A DNA stretch of 64,000 bases from an uncultured Pelobacter sp. (GTDB lineage Bacteria > Desulfobacterota > Desulfuromonadia > Geobacterales > Pseudopelobacteraceae). The translations under genes and the position numbers were made by a program. Shown here piece after piece: positions 9,589 through 17,850 of the stretch. The notes under the pieces are model-generated. The model saw nothing but the letters and a program-made list of their open reading frames with translations, was not told the DNA's origin and did not search any database. The first letter of the stretch is position 1; the number at the start of each line of letters is the position of its first letter. The stretch spans positions 82,937-146,936 of the forward strand of contig CAZIUE010000010.1 in the NCBI GenBank assembly GCA_964542535.1, in the 5' to 3' direction.

Positions 9589-10614
9589 TCAGGCCAACCC
9601 TGCCAGCCGGTCCCTGAACATTTCGATACAGCGGACCTTTTTCAGATGCTGGAAGTCCTTTTCAAAGGTGGGGTCGTTGATGGTGCCGACGATCTCCTTG
9701 ATTTTGGCAAGGATCTGGGCTTCGCCGCAGAACAGCCCCTGGTAGCGGGTCAGCAGCTCGCCCAGGTAGCGGGAGAGCATGGCCGCCCGCTCCTGGCGGT
9801 CGGGGCAGGCTGGGGCCAGCCCGCGCAGGCGCTGGAACAGCAGGGGGTCGGATATGGCTCCCCGTCCCAGCATCAGCCCGGCGGCGCCGGTTTCCCGCAG
9901 CACGTGACGGCCCGTGGCCGTATCGCGGATGTCACCGTTGGCGATAACCGGCAGGCTGCTTGTGCACACCACTTCGGCCGTGATACGGTGGTCGGCGAGA
10001 CCGGCATACTTCTGCAGTACCGTGCGGGGGTGCAGCACCAGAAAATCCACCCCTGAGGACTCGAACAGCGGCAGCAGCTGAAATATCTGGCGTGGGTCCT
10101 CGTAACCGGAGCGCAGCTTGACGGAGAAACTCCCCCTGATGGCCCTGCGCAGGGCGGGGATGACTTCCCGCAGCTCCCGGGGCTCGCGCAGCATGCCGCC
10201 ACCGGTCAGGGCCGAGTTCATACGGCCGAAGGGACAGCCCATGTTCAGGTTGATGTGCGTTGCTCCCGCATCCAGGGCTGCCTGACTGGCCGAGACGAGC
10301 GCTTCTCTGCCGTGGCCGATCAGCTGCACCACCAGGGGGACATCGGCGTTGCCTGAGCCCGCTTCTGCCAGATCGACGGCGGAGAGTCGTTTGCGGGCGG
10401 AGCCCGGTTTGACGCGCATGAATTCGGTGAAGACCACGTCCGGCCGGACCCAATCGATGAACAGGGAGCGCAGGGCGCCGTTGGTCACCCCCTGCATGGG
10501 GGCGAGCATGAGCGGAGTGGTGCCCTGGTTCCAGGGGAGCGGCCCGGTTTGCGGTGCCCTGGGCGCGACGATCGGTTCGGTGGGGGGAAAAACGGCGGTG
10601 GAGAATGGGGTCAT
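9589..10614 (-). CDS. tRNA-dihydrouridine synthase family protein
   Basis: LAPMQGVT, NLNMGCP, SVKLRSG, HPRT, IANGDI, MLGRGA. Confidence 0.9.
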   Translation of the reverse strand: MTPFSTAVFPPTEPIVAPRAPQTGPLPWNQGTTPLMLAPMQGVTNGALRSLFIDWVRPDVVFTEFMRVKPGSARKRLSAVDLAEAGSGNADVPLVVQLIGHGREALVSASQAALDAGATHINLNMGCPFGRMNSALTGGGMLREPRELREVIPALRRAIRGSFSVKLRSGYEDPRQIFQLLPLFESSGVDFLVLHPRTVLQKYAGLADHRITAEVVCTSSLPVIANGDIRDTATGRHVLRETGAAGLMLGRGAISDPLLFQRLRGLAPACPDRQERAAMLSRYLGELLTRYQGLFCGEAQILAKIKEIVGTINDPTFEKDFQHLKKVRCIEMFRDRLAGLA

Positions 10615-10633
10615 GGGATGATGGCGCGGGGGC

Positions 10634-10673
10634 GAAAAAAACGGCGACTGCCGGAAAGTGTCCCGGAAGCCGC
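10634..10673 (-). terminator. probable intrinsic terminator after slyD
   Basis: Imperfect GGCGGCTTCCGG...CCGGCAGTCGCC stem followed by T7 on the minus strand. Confidence 0.5.
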
Positions 10674-10705
10674 CTCTGGTGTCGCTGGTCCCTGGGAGAA
10701 CGGTC

Positions 10706-11173
10706 CTAGATGATTTCCACCAGCTCGATTTCGAAGCTCAGGTCCTCGCCTGCCAGGGGGTGGTTGGAGTCGAAGGTGACGCTGTCGGAGGTTACCTCCA
10801 CCACGGTCACATCCACCTCTTCGTCGTTGTCGTTGGCCAGCGTGTAGGCGTCGCCAACTTCGGGCTGGAGGTCCTCGGGGATCTCGCTCCGCTTGGCGGT
10901 AAAGACCTTTTCCTGGTCGTAGTCGCCGAAGGCGTCCGCCGAAGGGATCATCACTTTCTTCTTCTCGCCCACAGCCATGCCCACCAGGGCCTGCTCGATC
11001 TCGGGGAAGAATTCACCTGAGCCGATGGTGAGTTCCATCGGGCCCGGTTCCCCCTCGCAGCCGCATTCTTCGTCTTCGCAGAAATCCTCGTAGGTGGAGT
11101 CGAAAACAGTGCCGTCTTCCAGGGTGGCGCTGTAGTGGAATTTTACCTTGTCGCCGTGCTGAGCCTGTGCCAT
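10706..11173 (-). CDS. slyD: FKBP-type peptidyl-prolyl isomerase (SlyD/FkpB-like)
   Basis: GDKVKFHY..TLEDGTVFDST, DSNHPLAGEDLSFEIE; start MAQAQH. Confidence 0.85.
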   Translation of the reverse strand: MAQAQHGDKVKFHYSATLEDGTVFDSTYEDFCEDEECGCEGEPGPMELTIGSGEFFPEIEQALVGMAVGEKKKVMIPSADAFGDYDQEKVFTAKRSEIPEDLQPEVGDAYTLANDNDEEVDVTVVEVTSDSVTFDSNHPLAGEDLSFEIELVEII

Positions 11174-11371
11174 TGTCGTGCCTTTCAGAATGATATGGGG
11201 TTGTCGCCGTTGCTGGTGCGTGACCAACAATACGGGAAAAAACCGCCCCCAGTCTACAAAAAACTTTACGGCACGGCGTTTTTCGCGCCGTGCGCCGGAC
11301 AAGCTCCCGGATTGCCGGGAGCCCGGGGTGCCTCGCAGCGTCAGGGGCGCGGCAGGGAGGAGGCAGGTCGC

Positions 11372-12133
11372 GTGAACACCGTCCATGATGCGTCCTATGA
11401 GAGCGCTGGCCTGGCGTCCCAGTACTGCCATGCCCATTACGGTGAGGAGTACTTCGGCGTGCCCAACGCGCCCGCGGCCTGCGCCGGGATCTGTCTGGAA
11501 CTGACTCGGAAGCGTTGCCGGGGACATGCCCTGGATCTGGGCTGTTCCCTGGGAAGGAGTTCCTTCGAACTGGCCCGGGGAGGGTTCCGGCAGGTCACGG
11601 GGGTCGACTTCTCCCACAACTTCTGCCGGCTGGCCAACCGGCTGCGGGAGGAGGGGCGGCTCTGCTACGAGCTCCCCGAGGAGGGGGACATCGTCTCCCG
11701 GAGGGAGGTGAGCCTGGCGGGGTTGGGACTGGAGCAGGTCCGTGGGCGGGTGACCTTCCGGCAGGGGGACGCCTGCGATCTGCCGGCGTCGTTGAATGGC
11801 TTTGACCTGGTGCTGGCGGCCAACCTGATCGACCGGCTGCATTCGCCGCGGCGGTTCCTGGCAACGATCCACGAACGGATCACCCGGGGCGGCATGCTGG
11901 TGATCAGCTCCCCCTACAGCTGGCAGGAGCGGTATACCAGCCGGGACGAGTGGCTGGGGGGGTACCACCGGCAGGATGAGGAGCCGGTCTGGAGCCTGGA
12001 TGGCCTCGGGGAGGTGCTGAAGCCCCGCTTCAGGCTCGTGGGTGAACCCCGCCAGCTTCCCTTCGTAATCAGGGAGACGCGGCGCACGTTCCAGCACAGC
12101 ATTGCCGAGCTGACCGCCTGGGAGTTGTTGTAG
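11372..12133 (+). CDS. stand-alone OvoA C-terminal-like SAM methyltransferase (putative mercaptohistidine N-methyltransferase)
   Basis: YE...SQYC.AHYG.EYFGVPN, ALDLGCSLGRSSFELAR, QGDACDL, AANLIDRL, PFVIRETRRTFQH; GTG start after GGAGG. Confidence 0.8.
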   Translation: MNTVHDASYESAGLASQYCHAHYGEEYFGVPNAPAACAGICLELTRKRCRGHALDLGCSLGRSSFELARGGFRQVTGVDFSHNFCRLANRLREEGRLCYELPEEGDIVSRREVSLAGLGLEQVRGRVTFRQGDACDLPASLNGFDLVLAANLIDRLHSPRRFLATIHERITRGGMLVISSPYSWQERYTSRDEWLGGYHRQDEEPVWSLDGLGEVLKPRFRLVGEPRQLPFVIRETRRTFQHSIAELTAWELL

Positions 12134-12160
12134 GTCAGAACAAACGGGAGGAAACCTACC

Positions 12161-12364
12161 ATGGAAGAACGCATCACCGAACTGGAGCTGCGGTTCATGC
12201 AGCAGGAACACACCATCCAGGAACTGAACGAGACCGTGTTCCGTCAGGAACAGGCCATCAGCCGCCTGGAACGCCGGTTGCGGCTGATGGGCGAGCAGCT
12301 GCGCGCCTTCGCTCCCTCGTCGATCATCGATCCGGACGACGACGAGCGGCCGCCGCACTACTGA
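12161..12364 (+). CDS. slyX: SlyX family protein
   Basis: EERITELE...QE..I.ELN...DERPPHY. Confidence 0.9.
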   Translation: MEERITELELRFMQQEHTIQELNETVFRQEQAISRLERRLRLMGEQLRAFAPSSIIDPDDDERPPHY

Positions 12365-12379
12365 GAATTCCCGGTCAGC

Positions 12380-14905
12380 TCAACAGGCCGGAGCCGGGCC
12401 GGCTACGGGAGGGTGGCCAAGCGCATCCTGGATGGCGCGTTCCAGGTCATCCAGCTTGTAGGGTTTCTGGATGAAACCGGCCAGGTCACCGGACTCGAAC
12501 CTGGCGGCTATATCCTGGCTGCTGTAGCCGCTGCACATGACCACCCGTATGCCGGGATCGATCCCGCGCAGTTCACGAAACGTCTGCTCGCCGTCCATGC
12601 GCGGCATGGTCAGGTCCAGCAGCACGCAGTCGATTTCGGCTCCCTTCTCCCGGTACAGCTCCACGGCATCGCATCCGTCCCCGGCAACCAGGACCCTGAA
12701 TCCCAGCAGCGACAGCATCGATGCCCCCACTGTCCGGATGGTCTCTTCGTCGTCCACCAGCAGAACGGTACCGTTCCCCCCCCGTTTTCTCCGACGGAGC
12801 GGCGACGACGCAGTCGTGACCGCGTCCCGCCTGCATGCCGGCAGCAGGATCCTGAAGGTCGTCCCTTTTCCCGGTTCGCTGTCAACGGTGATGGCGCCCC
12901 GGTGCCCCCGGATGATGCCCAGGGTGACGGCCATGCCCAGGCCGCGGCCGGTGAACTTGGTGGTGAAGAACGGCTCGAAGATCCTGGCCACGGTTTCCTC
13001 GTCCATGCCGCAGCCGGTGTCGCTGACCTCCAGAACCACATAGCTCCCCTCATCCAGCTGCTCGGCGATCCAGACTCTGGAGAGGTACTCCCGGTCGCAC
13101 TCCTTTACACCGCTGGTGAGGGTGATCCGGCCGCACCGGTCGCCGATGGCCTCGGAGGCGTTGATGACCAGGTTCATGATCACCTGCCGCAGCTGGGTCG
13201 CGTCGGCGCGGATATCGGGCAGGTCGTCGCTGAAGTTGAAACAGAGGCAGGCCTTCTTGGAGATGGAGACGTCCAGCATCTGCAGCATCTCCCTCACCAG
13301 GGTGTTCAGGTTCAGCCGTTCGGTGACGAAATGCCCCTTGCCTGAATAGGCCAGCATCTGGCGGGCCAGTTCGGCGGCCTTTCCAGCTGCCTGGTTGATC
13401 CTGACGATGTTCTCCCGGGCCGGGGAAGTGGGGGGGAGCTGCATCAGGGCCAGGTCGGCGTTGCCCAGTACAACCGTCAGGATGTTGTTGAAATCGTGGG
13501 CGATGCCTCCGGCAAGCACTCCCAGGCTCTCCAGCTTCTGTACGTGCAGCATCTGGGCCTCGATACGCCGGTTCTCTTCCTCCAACCGCTTCCTCTCGGA
13601 GATGTCCCGGCCGATGACCATCAGGTGCGGTTTGTCGTCGGCCATGAAACGGGAGAGGTAATAGGCCACGTGCTTGCTCGTGCCGAAGGTGGTATGCAGC
13701 TCCGTTTCGACCCGCCGGGTCAGGCCGCTTGCAAGGACCGACTCGGCCATGTCGGTGAGTCCTGCCTGACGCCAGGAGGCAAGCTGTCTGAAGTTCTGCT
13801 GCAGCAGGGCCTGGTCGCTCCCCTCGGCGATTTCCGTGGCTGCCCGGTTGGCCAGGATGCAGCCGCCGCTCGTGCCGTCGAAGATGCGGATCGCCATGGG
13901 GGACTGGGCCAGCAGGGTCTCCACAAAGGTAAGGGCCTTGTTGCGGTACTCTTCGGCCAGCTTGCGGTCGCTGATGTCGGCGATGATGCCCACCAGCGAC
14001 TGCAGCCGCCCCGCTTTGTCCTCCAGGCGCTTCATGGAGACGAAGCCCCAGAAATCGTCGTGACTTCCCCGCAGGTAGCGACGTTCGCAACAGGCGTTGT
14101 CGCTTTCGCCGCTGATCATCCGCAGCAGACGGTCATGGCCGCTCTCCTTCTCCGAGGGGTGCAGAAAGTCGGCATAGTGGGAGCCGATCAGCTCGTCCAT
14201 GGAACAGCCGAACAGCTCCGCCATGCGCCGGTTGGCAAAGCTGATCGCTCCCTGGTTGTCCAGCATGAGGATCCCGGCCTGGGATGCGTCGAAGATGATC
14301 CGCAGCCGCTGCTCACTTTCGCGCAGCTGCTCTTCCGTCTGGCGCTGCTGAACGATCTTCCAGGCCGTGTCCATCAGCAGCGTCAGCTGGCGTACGTCGC
14401 TGTCGTCGTAATCGTCGCGCTTGTTGGCCACCCCGATGGCTGCCACGATCGTGCCGTTGCTGAAGACCGGGATTGAGAGGAAGCGGCTCAAAGGGGCGTG
14501 CCCCAGGGGTATTCCCGCCATCAGGCTGCGGGTGTCGTTGACGATGACCGGCAGGCGGCTGCGTACCGCCTCGGCCCAGCTGCCGGCACTGTCCAGGGGA
14601 TGGGATGTCTGGCGGTCGGCGAGACGACAGTCCTCCATCACGCTGCGCGACCAGCTGTTGCGGGTGAAGATGCGCGACTGTTCGTCGTAGCGGTGGATAA
14701 AGCCGATCCTGCTGCCGGTGAGCTTGATACCCTCCTCCAGGGCAAAGTCCAGCAGCTCCTGGGTCGAGGCGAAACGGTGCTGGACGATGCGCAGGAGGCT
14801 TTCCAGGCGGGCCTCGCTCAGCCTGAGGGCCTCCTCTGTCCGGCGGAGGCGCTCGTCCGCCGTCGGCTGGGGGTGCCCTTCGGGTACAAACTGGTCCCCG
14901 GCCAT
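12380..14905 (-). CDS. GAF-PAS-PAS hybrid sensor histidine kinase / receiver
   Basis: GIAHDFNNIL H-box, NLVINA, DTGCGM, PFFTTK, GRGLG, C-terminal REC (LVDD, LLD, KP); start uncertain (14905-14986). Confidence 0.9.
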   Translation of the reverse strand: MAGDQFVPEGHPQPTADERLRRTEEALRLSEARLESLLRIVQHRFASTQELLDFALEEGIKLTGSRIGFIHRYDEQSRIFTRNSWSRSVMEDCRLADRQTSHPLDSAGSWAEAVRSRLPVIVNDTRSLMAGIPLGHAPLSRFLSIPVFSNGTIVAAIGVANKRDDYDDSDVRQLTLLMDTAWKIVQQRQTEEQLRESEQRLRIIFDASQAGILMLDNQGAISFANRRMAELFGCSMDELIGSHYADFLHPSEKESGHDRLLRMISGESDNACCERRYLRGSHDDFWGFVSMKRLEDKAGRLQSLVGIIADISDRKLAEEYRNKALTFVETLLAQSPMAIRIFDGTSGGCILANRAATEIAEGSDQALLQQNFRQLASWRQAGLTDMAESVLASGLTRRVETELHTTFGTSKHVAYYLSRFMADDKPHLMVIGRDISERKRLEEENRRIEAQMLHVQKLESLGVLAGGIAHDFNNILTVVLGNADLALMQLPPTSPARENIVRINQAAGKAAELARQMLAYSGKGHFVTERLNLNTLVREMLQMLDVSISKKACLCFNFSDDLPDIRADATQLRQVIMNLVINASEAIGDRCGRITLTSGVKECDREYLSRVWIAEQLDEGSYVVLEVSDTGCGMDEETVARIFEPFFTTKFTGRGLGMAVTLGIIRGHRGAITVDSEPGKGTTFRILLPACRRDAVTTASSPLRRRKRGGNGTVLLVDDEETIRTVGASMLSLLGFRVLVAGDGCDAVELYREKGAEIDCVLLDLTMPRMDGEQTFRELRGIDPGIRVVMCSGYSSQDIAARFESGDLAGFIQKPYKLDDLERAIQDALGHPPVAGPAPAC

Positions 14906-15115
14906 GTCCCGCTGCGGGGAATGGGAAACAGGGGGATCGGATATGCAGTGCATGCGTGTACTTCTCCGGTTGTCTGGTTCGAACACCAGGGGGGAGTGGG
15001 AAGGGGTACGGCGGGAATCAGTCTAGCTCAGCACGGCTGTCCTGTAAACAGCATTCTAATGAATTTCTGGCCGCCGGCAGGTCCGCATCTTCCGGCGGCA
15101 GAGGGGAGCATCCTG

Positions 15116-16246
15116 TCAGGAGAGGGTCTTGCGGAAGCGCTCCACCGCCACCCCCAGCACCACCAGCCCGATCAGGGACAGTGCCGACAGCTGCGGCCAG
15201 AGGACGGTGAACCCGATCCCCTTGAGGAAGATCCCCCTGATGACCACCATGTAGTAGCGCAGCGGATTGGCCAGGGTCAGCCACTGCACCGGAAGGGGCA
15301 TGTTCTCGATGGGAAAGGCGAAACCGGACAGCAGCATGGCCGGGAAGATGACGAAGAAGGCGCTCATCATGGCTTGCTGCTGGGTCCGGCTGACGGTGGA
15401 GATCAGGAGCCCGATTCCCAGGGAGCTCATCAGGAACAGGGTTGTGGCCAGAAAGAGGAGCCAGATGCTCCCCCGCACCGGTACGTGGAACACCAGGGTT
15501 CCCGCCAGGCTGATCAGGGCCACGTCGATGTAGCCGATCAGCACAAAGGGGAGCGTCTTGCCCAGAATGAATTCTCCCTTGCGGATGGGGGTGACGATCA
15601 CCTGCTCTATGGTGCCGATCTCCTTTTCACGCACGATGGCCAGGGATGAAAGCAGCATGGTGATCACGAACAGGATGTTGGTGATCACCGCCGGAACATA
15701 GAAGGGGGGGCTTTCCAGGTTCTCGTTGAACCAGGCCCGGCTGGCCAGCTCCACCCGGCCGACGCGGGGTCCTCCCTCCGGATGGCGTTGGCCGGAGCCG
15801 AGCAGCAGGCGGCTGTTGTAGTCGCTGGAGAGGCGCCCCAGGTAGCCCATCACCACTCCGGCGGTGTTGGAGTCAGAGCCGTCCATGAGCACCTGCACCG
15901 CCACGTTCTCCCCCCGGGCCAGTTTCTGGCTGAAGCCGTGCTCGATGGTCAGCACCACCCTGACCGTGCCCCGGTCCAGGAGCTGGCGGGCCTGGCTGTC
16001 GCTGTCGATGCGCCGGGTGATCCTGAAATGCCCGGAGGAGGAGATGATCTCGCCCAGTTCCCTGCTCTCCCTGCTGTTGTCCCGGTCCATGATCGCCGTG
16101 GGAATGTTTTTTACGTCCATGTCCACGGCGTAGCCGAAGATCACCGTCTGCAGGACCGGCAGCACGAACAGCACGATCCTCATGCGCGGGTCGCGGAAGA
16201 CCTGGATGAACTCCTTGATCAGCATGGCGTGGAGACGTTCGAACAT
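15116..16246 (-). CDS. ABC-2 transporter permease (YbhR-like)
   Basis: KEFIQVFRD, IVREKEIGTIEQ..VTP, LSGFAFPIENMP. Confidence 0.9.
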   Translation of the reverse strand: MFERLHAMLIKEFIQVFRDPRMRIVLFVLPVLQTVIFGYAVDMDVKNIPTAIMDRDNSRESRELGEIISSSGHFRITRRIDSDSQARQLLDRGTVRVVLTIEHGFSQKLARGENVAVQVLMDGSDSNTAGVVMGYLGRLSSDYNSRLLLGSGQRHPEGGPRVGRVELASRAWFNENLESPPFYVPAVITNILFVITMLLSSLAIVREKEIGTIEQVIVTPIRKGEFILGKTLPFVLIGYIDVALISLAGTLVFHVPVRGSIWLLFLATTLFLMSSLGIGLLISTVSRTQQQAMMSAFFVIFPAMLLSGFAFPIENMPLPVQWLTLANPLRYYMVVIRGIFLKGIGFTVLWPQLSALSLIGLVVLGVAVERFRKTLS

Positions 16247-16271
16247 TTAGGTTCCTTGTGTCTGTCCGTGG

Positions 16272-17408
16272 CTAGTCGATTTTTTTCCTGAAGCGCATGA
16301 CCGCCAGCGCCATGACGATGGCCCCGAAGCCGGCCAGGAAGAGCACCTCCGGCCAGAGTAGTTCCATCCCCGTGTCCTTGAGGTAAATCCCCCGCAGGAT
16401 GAAGACGAAGTAGCGGGCCGTGACGATGTGGGTCACCACCCGGATGGGCGCCGGCATGTTTTCGATGGGAAAGATGAAACCTGAGAGGAGGAAGGCCGGC
16501 AGGACCGTGGTGACGATGGCCAGCTGGCTGGCCAGCAGCTGGCTTTTGGTGATGATGCCGAAGAGCATGCCGAAGGAGAGGGCGCCGAAGAGGAACAGCA
16601 GTGCCAGGGGGGTGAGCAGCCAGAGGCTGCCGCGCAGCGGCACGCCGAAGACGAACTGCCCCACGCAGATGCAGAGGGCCAGGTCGAGGATGCCGATGCA
16701 GACGTAGGGAGCCAGCTTGCCCGCGATCAGCTCCACGGGGGTCACCGGCGTGGCGATCAGCTGCTCCATGGTGCCGTTCTCCCACTCGCGGGCCATGCAG
16801 AGGGAGGTGAGGATGGCGGCCATGATCATCATCACCACCGCGATCAGACCGGGAAAAATGAAGTTCCGGGAGACCATGTCGCTGTTGAACCAGACCCGGG
16901 GGATCAGCTCCAGGGCCGGAATTCGGTCCGGCTTCACGCCGGCCCGTCGCAGCTGCTCCATGGCGATCCGGTGCGAGTAGGTCTGGACCGTCGCGTCGGC
17001 GTATCCCAGGGCGATGGTGGCGGTGTTGGGGTCGCTGCCGTCCACGATGGCCTGTACCACCGCCGCCTCTCCCCGGGAGAGCCGGCGGCTGAAGTCGGGG
17101 GGGATCACCAGGGCGATCAGCGCCTCCCGCCGGTCGATGGCATCCTCGATCCTCCGGTAGCTGTCGGTGGCGATGCGCAGATCGAAGTAGCGCGAGCCGC
17201 TGAAGCGGCTGACCAGCTCCCTGCTCTCCACGCTGTTTGCCTGGTCCCATACCGCCAGCGGCACCTGCTCCACGTCCAGGGTCAGGGCGTAGCCGAACAG
17301 GAACAGCAGCAGCATCGGCATGCCGATGCCCATCATCAGGCTGCGCGGATCGCGCAGCACATGGATGAACTCCTTTGCGGCAATTGCTTTCAGACGGCGC
17401 AGGTTCAT
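16272..17408 (-). CDS. ABC-2 transporter permease (YbhS-like)
   Basis: KEFIHVLRDPRSL, AREWENGTMEQLIATPV. Confidence 0.9.
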   Translation of the reverse strand: MNLRRLKAIAAKEFIHVLRDPRSLMMGIGMPMLLLFLFGYALTLDVEQVPLAVWDQANSVESRELVSRFSGSRYFDLRIATDSYRRIEDAIDRREALIALVIPPDFSRRLSRGEAAVVQAIVDGSDPNTATIALGYADATVQTYSHRIAMEQLRRAGVKPDRIPALELIPRVWFNSDMVSRNFIFPGLIAVVMMIMAAILTSLCMAREWENGTMEQLIATPVTPVELIAGKLAPYVCIGILDLALCICVGQFVFGVPLRGSLWLLTPLALLFLFGALSFGMLFGIITKSQLLASQLAIVTTVLPAFLLSGFIFPIENMPAPIRVVTHIVTARYFVFILRGIYLKDTGMELLWPEVLFLAGFGAIVMALAVMRFRKKID

Positions 17409-17447
17409 GGCTTGGTTGGCTGGACGCCTTTATGCGGGGTGAGTTTC

Positions 17448-17690
17448 AGCGGTCACAGGGCCGCGGTGGAGCTGTGATCGGTGATCCGTTCGGTCTCTGG
17501 AGGTCGTGGGAGTACTCGACCGGCCTGGAGTGGGGACTGCCCATGCCGGTATCCGGGCAGCGCCCCTCCCCTTCTTTCCTGCTGTGGGCCGCCATGACGA
17601 CGATGGGGGACGGCTGCCCCGCTTCTTCCGTCTGTGATGGCCTTGGTCTCTTTGTTGCTGTTGTTCTGCGTCCCTATGTCGTGCTCTGAT
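17448..17690 (-). pseudogene. decayed response-regulator receiver-domain remnant
   Basis: DIGTQNNSNKETKAI in one frame, then GQPSPIVVMAAHSRKEGEGRCPDTGMGSPHSRPVE in another; resembles DIQMP..DG.EATKAI / PIVAMTAHAMKED.ERC..AGMD.YLSKPV. Confidence 0.45.
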
Positions 17691-17777
17691 GGTGAACTCT
17701 GTTTCTGCCGTGAAACGATCACGACTGCTGGTGAACAGACTTCTCTCCATGCAGGCGTCGTAGCAGGCCGGGGGAGA

Positions 17778-17806
17778 ATTATCACTGTTTACAGGGGAGG
17801 ATGCAA
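17778..17806 (-). promoter_or_regulatory. putative sigma70 promoter facing the orphaned permease genes
   Basis: TTGCAT-N17-GATAAT on the minus strand. Confidence 0.4.
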
Positions 17807-17850
17807 CCTTTGTGTGCTCGCCGAGCCGCTGTCCGTTGCTCTTCCGCGAA

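Noticed and set aside
10706..12358. 550-aa ORF as a long SlyD fusion
   Set aside because: The upstream part is the antisense of the methyltransferase and slyX; the real gene starts at 11173
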